Source: Utricularia gibba (lineage: Eukaryota > Plantae > Magnoliophyta). From it: a DNA stretch of 64,000 bases. The DNA lies in the NCBI GenBank assembly GCA_002189035.1, contig NEEC01000009.1:806001-870000 (forward strand), written 5' to 3'. A program made the position numbers and the translations under genes. Below are positions 13,299-27,274 of the stretch, one piece after another. The notes below the pieces were generated by a model. That model worked only from the letters and a program-made list of their open reading frames with translations, was not told where the DNA came from and did not search any database. Numbering within the stretch: the stretch's first letter is position 1; every line of letters starts with the position of its first letter.

Positions 13299-16200
13299 TC
13301 AGGGACTCGAGGGGCCGCACCTGGCTTCAACTGATAACCGTTTTAGGACACGGGGACACGGATCTTCCCCAAACTTCATGTTGGATATAGCCACCGAGCA
13401 CCTCTGCTTCCCCAAGCAGGACTGTTACAGTGAGGGTAGTTGGGAGCATTAGCCTTTGTCTCTGTGAATGAGAAGTAGAAGACGAGTACCTGCTCTACGA
13501 CTGCGTGTGAGTTTGCAGCATGGCAGTCTCCCCTCAGGAAGCTCCCACACTTTCCGATTGGAGTTCCGAAGCTGGCGAATTCCACGGATGTTATGGATTT
13601 CCCGGAGCCACAGTCAAGGTGAGCCACCCGTTTCCGCCACAGCTTCGCTGTTTGGTAGCTTTCCGGCTGCCATGTGATGTTGTTGGGATGGTACTCCGAC
13701 ATGTCTGCGCAAACTGTGTTCAATGATCTCGTGGCGACCGTGATCTTTGCCGGGTCGCCGGTGAGCTCTTCGAACAGCACCAGCAGATTTTGTGTTGGTT
13801 TTAGCCAAGACCGCGGTAAGTGATACCTGAAAGGAATGTAACTCATTGGCTGTATGTATTCTTTCCACTATCATCTCTTGGGGAGTTGCTTACCATCTCT
13901 GAGAAGGTTGTCCACACCCGGATTGGCAATCGGAATGCCGGAAGATCCCGGTATAACCGCAACCGGAGCTGGTGCAATTTCCGGCTGCGGCGATCGTCCA
14001 GTACCGGCCGAGGCTCTGGCCGTTGATCCAGATTTGGCCCTTCCCCATGCTGCTCATATCCAGAGCCAAAGGTTCATCCCCCTCAGGGGCGTCGAAGTAG
14101 CCCTGCATTCACCTTTGTAAGAACACGAAAGAAACTCTCTCCCATCGGTCGGAAAATCTTGTCATTCCAAACCTTGTACCAAGAGAGAGGCATATTTTGT
14201 AAACCCATGGAGACGGTTGTCCAGTCGATCGGAGAATCTTTGCTCGGAGAGAAGAGAGACATGTCTTCTCCACTTAGCCCCACCTGGTATGTCCATTTTG
14301 ACCAGGACAGATCTTGTCTTCCTTGATCAAGTCCATCCAATGTGACCGGCCCCAAGACACCGGTGCTCCACTGCTCAAAATGAACTCCGACGTTCTCCGG
14401 AAATGAAGAATGCCAAAAATGTAAGAAGAAAGACACAAAGAGGGGATGTGCAATGAAAACTTTGGAACTTACTGGCAGTCCAATTGCTACACTTAACAGA
14501 GCTATCACATTCGATCCGGCATGCAGGTTGATTCCCTTCTGAAATGTGAATCTGGTGTTCGCCTTCGTCCCGAAAGCAGATCCTGAGAATCACATCCATT
14601 GATCATTTTCTTTCCAAGAATCAAAGAGCGGTAAGAACTTCCTACCAGCCAGCTCTCCATTCACAAACACATGCAGACCATCACCCATGGAATGAACCAC
14701 AAGCGTGGGAAGCTCCTGTGTTTTCAGGAACGTCTCCGAGTCATCGATTTCGATGCTATGAAGCGCAGGTATGAAAAGTTGCAGATCATAGAATTAAAGA
14801 AATTCTCTTCACAGAAAAGCATGGCACAATGCTTGAGTAAATAGCTGTAGCTCACCTTGTTTTATACCAGAGATAGTCAGTGGTGTCTCTAGTTATGTTT
14901 ATCTGCTCCAACAGACCAGAAGAAAAGGATCCAAAATCGTCATAGACAGGATAACTATCTTCGTTGTACGTTTGCCAAGATTGTATAGGAGTGCTGGTGG
15001 ATATCATTTCCATGTGTGATGTCTGAACTCCAACCTGCGTTCCAGGCAAATGTGATATCAGTGAAAATGTGAAAGAATATCCAATAGGGATGAATGAATC
15101 CAAGTACCTTGGCAGTATTGAAAGCCTCAGTCTGGCAGCCCGGAAGGATGCTGATAGACCAAGGTGGTAAGATGTAATGCTTGCTTTTGAATGTGAGCAA
15201 CGCTCTGTTTTCAGTATCATAATTTGCAAGAAACGCAGCACAATCCCCTGATTCGGAATCGTAGACATGGGCCTGAAAAAAGTTTGCTAATTCAGAGAGG
15301 CTATGAAACATGTAAAGCAGAGAAGACAAAGGAGAACCTCTTGAAGGCTTCCTAATGATATCACTGTAGGATCTGCAGAAAGCAAAGCTCTCTCAGATTG
15401 CTTAATAGCCTTGTGTAGCTCCTTCAGATGTCCATATTTAGGTTGCTGGATCAAACCTGTCATGTAGAAACATATATGCAGTGCAACTCAAGGAGATTTC
15501 AAGTTCAAAATGGCCACTCACCATATTCATCAAGAGGTGCATCATAATCATAGCTCGTTGCGATATAAGGACCTCCGGCCGAACGGCCGAAGTTTGTGCC
15601 TCCATGGTACTGTAAATCAATGGGAAGATTGAAAGAAGAGATGAACACGTCCACTGCATAATGCTATCAACTCATTGGAAAAACATCATGAAATAACCTA
15701 TAAGAACTCGAACCATGTAGTAGTTAACAAAAGCTCCACCCCTCTGTATGAATCTAGCAACAGCAAATGCCAAATCCTCTACTGGTCTTTGGTATGTTGG
15801 ACCACCGAATTCAGTGAACCTAGATGTTGAAAAGATAAGACCATCTAGAGGAGATTGATAAACTATATAAAAGAAGAAAGATTACTACCATCCAGTCCAA
15901 GCCTCAGTCCACATTAAGGGCTTGTTCGGTTTGTTTGGGGAGAATTCATCACAGTAGAAGCCATTGCATGTGTTAATCTGCAAAGTGCAGAAAAAATGTA
16001 TACCATAATCAGCTAATCAAGCTAGGAAGGACTAGGTGTTGTGGGAAAAACTGCTTCTCACCACAGGATCTGGGGCGTCATTCTCCTTGCACATCACCCA
16101 TGGAACCCCAGTGTCGAGTCCCACAGCCATGTTTGCTGCCCAGGTTGCATATGCACGGCCCGGAGACCCCATTAGTCTCTCTTGAGGCCCGTATTCATTC

Positions 16201-17222
16201 TCAATCTGTTAAGTCGATCCCACATGTAACAATCTTGCACAAAATGCAGAGGCATACAGTTTCAAGCACACCTGGGAGAGTATAATGGGTCCTCCCTGAG
16301 ATTCATAGAGCTTTTCCCGCTTCATCATATTGACAATTTTCTCAGTGAATCCTTGCATAGCCATCTGCAATGGCAAGGTAGTATCAGCAAAACCATCGAG
16401 AAGAGTAGCACTCGGCGCAATACTTCACACCGATATATCTGAGCAAGAGGCATTAGATGGTAACCTTAAACGGTTCATTGTCTGTCCTGAAGCTGATGTT
16501 TGGAACAAATTTCAGCCACACAGGAAATCCGCTGCACACAACATCACACAAGGGAGAAATGGGGTCAATGCTTGAGAAACCAATCCTTTTCGTCATTCGA
16601 AGTCTCAAAATATAACCATTACCCGAAGTTCCATTCGGCACAAATATAAGGCCCAATCCTGAGATGAGCATAGAGCCCAGCTTTTTGAATAGTCTTCACA
16701 AATTTCACAAGATCATACCTCCCTTCGAAGTTATACTGCCCAAAAAGTATATCCAGGGAGGCGATTTTTAGTATCAAAATTCCGACAAATTAAAGGAGAG
16801 TGGTGAAGAAGAAGAAAGTACATTTCCCTGAGTAGGCTCATGAACATTCCAAAACACATAAGTCTGAATAACATCTATGCCTCCTTCTCTGGCCTTGTTT
16901 ATCAGATCTTCCCACGTCTAGCACACAAAAATGTATCTTCTTAAAACAGGGTAGACAGAATGCAACAGCACAAAAAGCCAGTAGACAGAAATTAACAGCA
17001 TAAAAAGCTGACACCCCTCATATTCGACCAAAGATTTCAACTTCATACCTCAGGTGTGCTCCTAGTGTAATGAATTGAACCAGAGAAGAGAATCCTTCTC
17101 TGCCCATCAATGATCAACGCCCTTCGATCATAAACAACATTTGAATGCGCCACCCCACACCCAAGAACCAATCCCATGCATAACCAACAAAGAAAATGTG
17201 GAAACGAAGACACCTTCTTCAT
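13299..17222 (-). CDS. Beta-galactosidase, GH35 with C-terminal SUEL/galactose-binding lectin domain (BGAL3/5-like)
   Basis: Signal peptide then [93 protein letters not shown] and [12 protein letters not shown]. Ends [21 protein letters not shown]. Confidence 0.93.
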
Positions 17223-19518
17223 GCTTCAAAAGTCAGCTTCCCCTGTCTATTGCACTGATAATCTGCAAAGCGAAGTGGGTTTGTGAATAATGGCGTTTCT
17301 TGGTGACAAACTGGCGTGAGAGTGAAGGCCAAAAGTGTGCACCTTCCTACTTTTTCCTGAGATGGGGTTGCAGGTGAAATTGTGAAATTGCGGGAAAACG
17401 ACATGTCTATATACACACCAAGAGTGGCGAGACAGAGATACATTGAGATGTATGCGTAGAAGAGGAGACCGAATCCACAGCAGAGCCAAACTCCCAGCTC
17501 CGAAAAGCAATGTGCAGGAGAGCGTAAGTGACTTTTTCTTACATTGGATTCTCTCTCTTTTCCGCATTATGGAAGGTAAAGAGGAAGAAGATTCACTGAG
17601 GATGAAAAAAAGATGGAAGAAAGATTCACTTTCGAGTGACCCAGCCCCCTCAGAACTTCCACCGACGAAGGCGCCGGATCCAACCAATAAAATATTCCAT
17701 TTTTTTAAACTAAAATTAATTTTATACATAAATGAATTTTTTATTCAATAATTAAAATTTCACATTTTAATATCGAATAAAACTATATAAAATACTTAAT
17801 TTTCATGACACATACGTCACACATTTATAATTATTGCATTTTTAAAACGTGATGGTGGGTTGGGACTGGGACCCACCATTTCGGGATCACAGCGAATAAT
17901 TGATCTTGATGCCTTTTCTAGTGGAGCCCACACGTGACTGCGCTTTATCGCAACCTAATGAATCCGTTTTTCAAAGACTCATTTATGAGATTTGGTTCAT
18001 TAATTAATTTATATATCCTTTTTTTAATACAGAAAAGCATTAAATGATTTTTCAAGTGGAATCATAACCAGAATTTTTAAAGTTGAAACCATACCAAAAT
18101 AGAAAGGTCATTTACTAGTAGGCTATCTCATATGCTAATACATATATATATATATACATAATTAGATTTATCACAAGATTTATCACACATCATGTTGAAT
18201 GATCAGATTTCTAAATGATCCAAATATAAAAACCATTTGTAAAAATTTTTTTACTTCACCTTGAATTGCCAAATATTAAAAATTCATGAACTATTTGACC
18301 AATGAAACATATAATTAGGAATCATCCTTGAGATGTTGAAAACTGAAAATTTAAATTAAATTTGGAATTTATACAACCCTGAAAATTGAAACACGAAAAA
18401 ATATATTCATGAAATGGAAAACTAAATTGTTATGAATGAATAATTAATTTATTAAATATTTTTAAAAATTATAAAAAATAGTCATGATTTAAATTTTATA
18501 ATCATAATTAAATATATTTTATTATTTTATGTTTAAAAATAGTAAAACTTATTTAAAAAAATTAAGATTTGTATTTTTAAACATTTAAAATCCGGAATAA
18601 TAAATACCAAGTATTTTATAGCTATAGTTTTATCAAATTTTGATATTTTAGATACATTAATTTTTTTAGTTTCTATATTTTGTACTATGTTCCCTTCAGC
18701 CTTCATAATATAAGTATCCAATATCTTTCTTTTCAACTAGAGCTTTCAAGTGGGATATCATTTAGAAATCTTGTCATCTTAACATTTTATTACACACATT
18801 GAATTAAAAAACATATATTGAGTATAGCCAGATTTATCACACACTAATGAGAGGGTGGTCATATTTCTAAATGCCCCTCCAAGTAGCATATTTTATCCAT
18901 AACCTTTTAGCATAGGCAATGACATACATTAAGGAACTGAAGCTAACCATCTTCAACTTCCTCAGTTCTTTTTTTGCAACTCTTCCTCTTCATCTGCATT
19001 GTGTAGTAGTTGTGCTCCTCTTTAGCCTTCTGCATTGTGAAAAAAGCTCCATTCCCTCGCTACCGTGCCTAAGTCATGTAGAAAGAAATGATGAGCCATG
19101 CAAGGGGAATCTGAAACACATGCAGGAGTTGCATATTGAAGTCTAGTACATGGATAAGTGTGGCTGCTCTTGTGTTCCTCCCAAATCTAAATCTAATAAC
19201 AGATGCTCGAAGCATATTGTATGCTTTTCTAGAACGGTATTTGAGTGTATTTTGTTGTAATTTTTAGTATAGTAGCCTTTCTTTTTGGATAGAAATTAGC
19301 ACACCTCAAGCTACAATCAATATAAAAAATCTAACCTCCCAAATTTCAAATTGAGTCATAGGTCTTAGACTTAACTTTTTTTATCAATACTTTATCACCA
19401 AACTTATGAAATTGTATATTTAACTTTCTATGTTGTCAAAACTAGCAAGTTCTGACCCTCTAATATCATTTTAAAAGTACATCGTTATAAACATTATTTA
19501 TAACTTTCATTTTTTCTA

Positions 19519-19704
19519 CTATATGGTCTTATCTTTGTATAATTCCCAAAATCCTGATATGCAAATACATATAACCTTTTTCTTTTTATTACCTAATCTT
19601 GTCTTGATAATATTCAAAACTGAAAATGTATGTTTAGCATTAACTGTAGAAATTGGAATAGTTATAAGCAAAGGTAGAAGTCTATCAATCAAATAATAAA
19701 TCAT
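19519..19704 (-). mobile_element. Degraded hAT-superfamily transposase fragment (C-terminal dimerisation domain)
   Basis: Translation LIDRLLPLLITIPISTVNAKHTFSVLNIIKTRLGNK matches the plant hAT consensus (LI.RL..L.L.LPVSTA..ER.FS.M.IIKTRLRN.M), with eroded residues. It lies in AT-rich intergenic DNA. Confidence 0.7.
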
Positions 19705-20393
19705 ATTTATTACACTATGTATGATGTACTAACACAATTCAAATAATATAGCTATCTTGCTCATTTATGTATATTATTAATAAGAAAATGAAAATGTTAT
19801 GATTGTAGGAAATAAATTTGAAAATCAAACTACCTACAATCTTATACTTAAAATTACAGGCTTGATAATAAAAAATATATATTTGAGATTATCGAAATAT
19901 AAATCTAAATACACAATACAAAAATTTTGTACTATAAAATGATGATTATTGGTGCAACAAGTTACCTGAATTACTATGGATCCCCACTCCTCTAGAATCC
20001 AAATTAGGGCCATGATGAGTTTTATATTATAACTTATTTCAAAGTATTTATAAATTGGGCTAACCCTGTTATAAATAAATTGGACTTCAATGAGTAACTA
20101 TGATTTAACATTAAGGGGGAGTTGAAATTTAATTATTATAATTTTAAATCTTATAAGCTTCAAATTTATTTATTTATTTTTTTTTTCTTATAAAAGGGGG
20201 CTACATCCCATGCTTTTTATACTTAAAAACAAAGTGCAGTTTCCATCCTAGAACTACATCTTTACCATGCGCGAAATGTAGAAATGAGTTAGATTTTGCT
20301 TTGGTGTGGAGTTTGCTTTCCTCTATAAGAATCTGTATTCATACTGGTATTGTGTGTTCTTCTGAAACTTTTTTTTTTTTTCGGTTAGTGAAG

Positions 20394-22302
20394 ATGATGA
20401 TAAGAAAGGTGGATCTTCGGTCTGATACGGTGACCAAACCAACGGAAACTATGCGGGCTGCAATGGCAACTGCAGAAGTGGATGATGATGTTCTGGGGCA
20501 TGATCCAACTGCTAGTCGCCTTGAAAGTGAGATGGCAAAAATCTTGGGCAAGGAAGCAGCACTGTTTGTCCCTTCAGGCACTATGGCCAACCTTATCTGC
20601 GTGATGACTCACTGCCAGAACAGGGGAAGTGAAGTCATTCTAGGTGATGGGTCGCATATTCACATTTATGAATACGGTGGGATTTCAACCATTGGAGGCA
20701 TTCATCCCAAGACAGTGAAGAATAATGAAGATGGAACCATGGATTTTGACTTAATTGAAGCAGCAATCAGGGATCCAACCTCCAAATTTTATCCAACCAC
20801 AAGGCTTATCTGCTTAGAGAACTCGCATGCCCAGTGAGTTATATTTGAAGATGATTTTCGTATACAAACCCATTTTCTTGGTTTTCAATTTACCAATCTT
20901 ATGGAAAATGAGAATCTAAAGCACTGATTCTGTACCCATAATGAGTAAATTCAACCTTGGCTATGGGTCTGATTATTGCCTTGTGCTCTATGGTATAGAC
21001 TGCTTTGCTGTCTTAGACAACATATTGTTTTGAGAAGCGAGATTATTTAGCAAGTTGACAGTGAATTCATCAATATGCAGTTCCGGTGGTAGATGTTTGA
21101 CTGCTGAGTATACAGATGCTGTTGGGAAACTAGCTAAGAGGCACGGAATAAAGCTTCACATAGATGGGGCTCGTATTTTCAACGCCTCACAGGTGAAAAG
21201 GCTTAACTTTACTGGTTCCTGAAGTAATATGTTGGACCACAGTTACACATTTGTTTTTTCAGGCTCTTGGTGTACCAGTGAAAAGGCTGGTGCAGGCATC
21301 TGATTCAGTAGCGGTACTCCATTACCTCTTTCTAATTCTTGTCTACTCAATGGTTTTATCATTTTTTTAAACTAACGCATGCATGGCATGATTCAGGCTT
21401 CCCTATCAAAAGGTCTTGGTGCTCCCGCTGGTGCCATTATTGCTGGTTCAAAGGCCTTCATTCAGGAGGTAAATAAGCTTCCATTTTCTCTTTTGATATT
21501 TTACTGCGGCCTGTAAGCTTCCATTACCTTAGCATCTGTTGCATTGTCCTCATTTACAGGCTAGAGTTCTTAGGAAGACATTAGGTGGTGGCATGAGGCA
21601 GATAGGCCTTCTTTGTGCTGCTGCTCTGGTAGCATTGGATCAAAATGTAGCAAAGTTAGAAGGTGATCATAAGAATGCTAAAATTCTGGCAGGTAGTTTC
21701 TCCATTCAGGGTTCAATGCTTATCCCAGAAGTATTTATCAGCTTGAATCTTTTTCATCTCCTTGTCTCAGAGGGTCTAAACAGGATCAAGGGACTAAGCA
21801 TTGATTTGGCATCAGTTCAGACCAATATTGTAAGCTTCATCACCACCTTAAATGCAAGGAACATCACTGTTAAGCTTTTCTCATCACCCTTTCAGGTCTT
21901 CTTTGATATTCTCCAAGATTCCGGTACCACTGCAGCTGAGCTTATTAAAAACCTAGAGGAGCAGGGTGTGTACGCATTGGCAGAAGGTCCATCCAGGTGC
22001 ACTTTTTACTTCTGCCTTTCTGCGTGTATATCTTGAGGATATGATCTGGTAGCTTGCAAACTATAAATCCAAATATTCTTAAGGCTCTGTACGTGTAATT
22101 ACAGAGTAAGGTTTGTCACTCACCATCAAATCTCAGAGAATGATGTGAAGTACACAATTTCTTCCATCGAGGTAAAACTCTTGTTTTAATTCATAGTAAG
22201 CACAGAGGTTACTTATGGTGATCGCCATCACTCTTGCAGAAAGCTCTTTGCTGCCAATTGACCTGCAACCCTCCAAGGTTTTCTGCTCCTGCTGCTGCTT
22301 AG
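20394..22302 (+). CDS. THA: Low-specificity L-threonine aldolase
   Basis: MMIRKVDLRSDTVTKP, ALFVPSGTMANL, LICLENSH, KLHIDGARIFNA, PLP-lysine motif SLSKGLGAP, RKTLGGGMRQ.G and VRFVTHHQI. The last exon (22240-22302) is tentative. Confidence 0.9.
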
Positions 22303-22507
22303 GTTTAACCCCTAGCTCAATTTGAATATCTATCAGCTTGTGAATGCCATTAGAACTGAAAGAATGAAGGATTTGTATTGCTACAGAAGCATAATTTATC
22401 AGAACCATGTACAATGGAACAAGATGATGAAAAGAATTTCTAGAAAAATCTGATCATCTTCTCATCTTTTCACATATACTGTGCTTAAAAAAAATACATT
22501 AAACCAA

Positions 22508-22733
22508 TGTTCTGAAAAATTTTTGAAACCTATTTTTAATTTTTAAAATTATTTTTGAAAAATAAAAATAAAAAATAAAAGTAACCAAATTCTTATTTTT
22601 TTAAAAATAACTTTCATAATTATAATTTTAAAAATATTTTTTATAGAATTATTTTTACAATTAAAATTATTTTAAAACAAAATTATTTTTAATTCTAAAA
22701 AATAAAAATAAATTTTAAAAATTTTCTAGAACA
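22508..22733. mobile_element. Possible degenerate MITE (AT-rich, about 225 bp)
   Basis: 17-bp inverted repeat TGTTCTGAAAAATTTTT / AAAAATTTTCTAGAACA with 2 mismatches. Its core resembles the 9615-9915 element. Confidence 0.3.
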
Positions 22734-23258
22734 CTATTTAAGAATGAATACATTTCTCACACATTAATAAAAGGATGGTTAAATTTCTAAATACCCCCAA
22801 ATGCAGCTAGCATATATATTTGTAAGGTTAGAACTCAAACACAACACAAAGCATATCAAGCATAAAATTTTCGAAAAATATTAGACACCGGAAAATGATG
22901 TAATTTTTCGAGTTTCTTTTTTATGATAATTAAAAAGGTATTTTCAGTTTGGGGGCTGAAACCACTCGAGAAGCCCAATAGACTTTCCGAATGGCTCAAT
23001 TATTTCTAGGCCCATTATCTGGTATCTTGAAGTCTAATGGCACGTGGACTTTCCGATCTCCATTGCTACATCATCTTTACTGTTTCTGCTGGCTTCATGC
23101 TCACACCGTTCTGGTAAATCCCCATCCGAACTCTCTTCTTTTTATCTCAGCTCGACGCCGGTGATATGATACTGACGGTGTTTGTTCTGTGGAGGTTAAT
23201 GCAGCATCGGTCGTCTGTGGAATGAGGACTAATTGCAAATTGTGATCAATGGAAAATT

Positions 23259-26200
23259 TTGTTGTCAGTTTGCTCAGGCGTTCATCGAGAACTCTACTAT
23301 CTCGAACATGCAAGGGATCTCGGAGCTCAGTTCGTTTCCTCGATTCAGGTACCTTATTTAGGCAGGATTTTCAGTAGGGGGGAGGGGGGTGGTGGTGGGA
23401 TTTTCAGTTTACATGGGTTTGATGGCTAGTTTACACGTTTGAATCGTGGTGTATATTTGGTAAGCGAATTTGGATCTAGCTCCTGATTTGAAACTTTACA
23501 GTTACGTATGATTTGTAGCAGGTGTTGATTATAGCTTCAAGGGAAGATTTAAGCAGATTAAAAATGAGGGTCTTGTTCTCCGCGGTCATTTTCCACCTCT
23601 ATTCTGCCTCTTTAGAGGTTTCAGTAATGGAGGCTTAGCGCCACGTTCAGTTCACCGCAGGTTTGTTGCGTTTGTGGCTGCAACGCCGTCGAGAAGCGAG
23701 AATTTCTCTGTCGTTGGTAGTGAAGATATTGCCTATTTTAAGAAAATTTTGGGCGAGAAGGGTGTTGTTCAGGATGAGGAGAAGTTGGATGAGGGAAACA
23801 CTGACTGGATGCGGAAGTATAGAGGCTCAAGTAAACTTATGTTGCAACCTAGAAGTACCCAGCAGGTCATTCCCTTCTTTCTTTTGCTGTTGGAGTTTTT
23901 GCAATTAGTGTTCCGATGCTTTATTCACATGAATATTGCTTTCTTTTTGTCACAGGGTTCTCTTTTTGGTATCCGAATTTTTCACATTCTGACTTGTCAA
24001 TCCATCTCGTTGAATAGGTATCACAGATTCTTGAGTATTGTAACTCCAGATGCTTGGCAGTGGTGCCCCAAGGTGGAAACACGGGTCTTGTAGGAGGAAG
24101 CGTGCCTTTGTTCGATGAGGTAAATCACACACACATTACTTTGTTGAAAAACACTGTTCCAATTTGATGAATACCACTTCGGAGAAACAAAAGGAAAACA
24201 TCATTGCTTTGGTGGGTTAAAATGACGACAGGATTGTTTTTGTATTAATGCCGTAACTAAGTTTGCCTCATTTGATTCTTTTTTCAGGTCATCATCAATT
24301 TTGGCGCCATGAATAGAATCATTTCCTTTGATCAGGTGATAGTCTGTGCCTTAACTGATATATGTTTCGAAGTAGTTTTATTTGCAATGCTGGCCTTAAC
24401 ATATTATATCCAAAATTGATTGTTCTCTAAGTTTTTTTCCTTTTTTTTTTTGGAATCCTTATCATGATTTGCTCTTCAGGTTAGTGGTATTCTTGTATGC
24501 GAAGCAGGGTGTATTCTGGAAAACTTGATTTCATTTCTACATAGCAAAGGGTAATGCTCAATTTATTTGCAAACTTTTTTGCTAAGATACTGCACTTCTT
24601 TTAAAATAATGAATAATGTCCCAGCTCCAGTAATGATCCTTGGCGGGTTGTTAGTCAGTCCCATAAAGATTCGCTATTTTTTTTTTTTATAACTTCATTG
24701 CTAGTTCCCTATGCATGTTTTTTTGTCCCATCCAGATTCATTATGCCCCTCGATTTAGGTGCTAAAGGTAGCTGCCAAATAGGTGGAAATGTTTCAACTA
24801 ATGCTGGGGGGTTACGACTTATCCGGTATGGTTCACTTCATGGATGTGTTCTTGGTAGGTTGATGTTCTCTTGTTCGACTTTCTAATCGCCTGATCCATT
24901 TCGAAAATATGTTTATGTTTATTTATTTCTCACCTGGTGCAAGGTCTTGAAGTCGTTTTAGCTAGTGGTAAAGTGCTTGATATGCTTGGAATGCTACGTA
25001 AGGACAACACGGGGTATGACTTGAAGCACCTATTCATTGGTGAGTAAATTTTAAATTTTCATCCTGTACGAGCTCCTTTCAATAACATTGTTGAAGGGTG
25101 CTTGATCTTCTTTTTCGATAGGCAGTGAGGGCTCTTTAGGGATCGTGACCAAGGTCTCAATTCTTACCCCGATGAAATTGGAATCTATTAATGTTGCTTT
25201 TCTTGCCTGTGAAGAGTATACCAAGTGCCTTGTTAGTCCCCTTTCTAATTGACACTGCATGGCTTTCAAAATCTATTAGTGTATGTGAACAATCTGGAGC
25301 CTCTTTTCTGTAAACATCTTGCAGAAACTCTTATTGGAAGCCAGGAGGGGCTTGGGGAAATTATTTCTGCATTTGAGTTTCTAGATATGAATTCTATGGA
25401 TCTGGTACGTGCCCCCTTGGAGTCATTCACATGTATTCCTTCTACTAATGTTGACCTTTACGACATTTTGCTTATTTGTTCCGTCCACCCTTAGGTTTTG
25501 AAACATTTAGATGGTCTTCGCGACCCATTGCCTTCTTCAAAGCACAACTTTTATGTTCTCATTGAGACCACAGGCAGCACAGAATCTCATGATCGGTATG
25601 GTCATCTTCCTTGCAATCATCACCAGTTTTTAATACTGTCGATTCTCTTTATACTGTGCATCTCTGGGTTTCTTTTTTTTTTTTTTTTTTCTGAATCGTT
25701 CCAAATCTAGGGAGAAGCTGGATGGGTTCCTTATGAAGGTCATCGAGAGTGGAGTAGTCACCGATGGAGTTGTAGCACAAGATATAAATCAGGCATCATC
25801 CTTTTGGCAGATTCGTGAGGTAGGTACAGCCCCATCTTGGGAGAAGCAGTGCCACATCCAAAACAAGCATCAATCAACTCTTTCCTTTGCGTTCTTACAG
25901 GGAGTGCCTGAAGCGCTTATGAGAGCAGGGGCTGTATATAAATATGACTTGTCTCTGCCTCCAGATAAAATGTATGATCTTGTGGAAGAAATGCGCGCAC
26001 GTCTTGGTACGGAGTAGTTTTTGAGAAACAACTCTGCAGCTGAACGAGCTCCCTGTGCTTTGATTTTACCATATCAATAACATCATCGTTATGAGGATTC
26101 TGAATGTCAATACAAAGCATGTTTTGTAGGCACCGAAGCAAATGTAGTGGCGTATGGTCACCTTGGAGATGGTAACTTGCACCTCAACATTTCTGCCCAC

Positions 26201-26613
26201 CAATACAGTGAAAGTGTAAATTGCCGGTTTAGTTTTTACCATCATGAAATTCACTTTGAACATACTCTTGTGAAATGAAATACTCATCTCAGGTTCGTTC
26301 AAAAATCGAGCCTTTTGTGTATGAGTGGACATCTAAGCACAGGGGAAGCATCAGCGCCGAGCATGGGCTTGGTTTAATGAAAGCTAACAAAATTCATTAC
26401 AGCAAATCCCCTGAAACAGTAAGCCCAGCCATGCCTCTATCAAAAAGCTTATCAGTCTTCTACTTCTACATCGAATACCGAGTCTCATTTATATTGTTTC
26501 TGCAGGTGCAACTAATGGTCTCCATCAAGAATCTCCTTGATCCTAATGGTATACTCAATCCGTACAAAGTCCTCCCCAATCTGAACAACAGAAGCAATGA
26601 GTCCCCGGTGTAA
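23259..26613 (+). CDS. D2HGDH: Mitochondrial D-2-hydroxyglutarate dehydrogenase (FAD-linked); one apparent 1-bp deletion at 25347-25350
   Basis: Arg/Ser-rich presequence ([22 protein letters not shown]), then [97 protein letters not shown] and [11 protein letters not shown]. Confidence 0.93.
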
Positions 26614-27274
26614 TGAAATGCATAGTAAGAGTAATTCACGATGCAGATAGGAATCATGCAAGCAGCATCTAATGCCAGAAATCTGTATTGAATGGTTCTA
26701 CAAATTGTGAGCCAAGTACACATGTGTGATGAATTTGTTCTACAGACCATGATCCCATCACTTTTGTGAAATATTTGGCTTTCCCATATCTTTGTCACCG
26801 GTTACCATTTGACTACGATCAAAACCCCGTTCATTTTCGTGGTGTTAGCTCTTCAGATACTTAACTGCAGCAAAAATAGAACACAGATTAACCGAGTATG
26901 ATAACTAGGTTCAGAATCAATGGAGGTTTAACAGCACACAGATGCACTTATATCCAATGGCGCAGCCAAGTGCAGAGTAACAGCTTACACAATTAGAAAA
27001 AGGCATTCAAAGAAAACCACATAAACTTGCATCAGTTAGCTCTTCGACTAATTTAAGAACTAGTTAATGCGTGGGCAGTACTCACAGTACAGCACTAACG
27101 TTGAACTTCTATGAAAGCTCGGGAGGCCCCAGCTCAACATGTAAACAAGACACACCATCATCACCAAAAGCAGAACTACTGCTAATGATCAACGAATAAG
27201 ATAGTTCAGCTAGTGATTTTATGTGAAGAGTCGAAGGAAAAAGGAAGTAAAAACGAGGATACCGAAGTAGGCAA

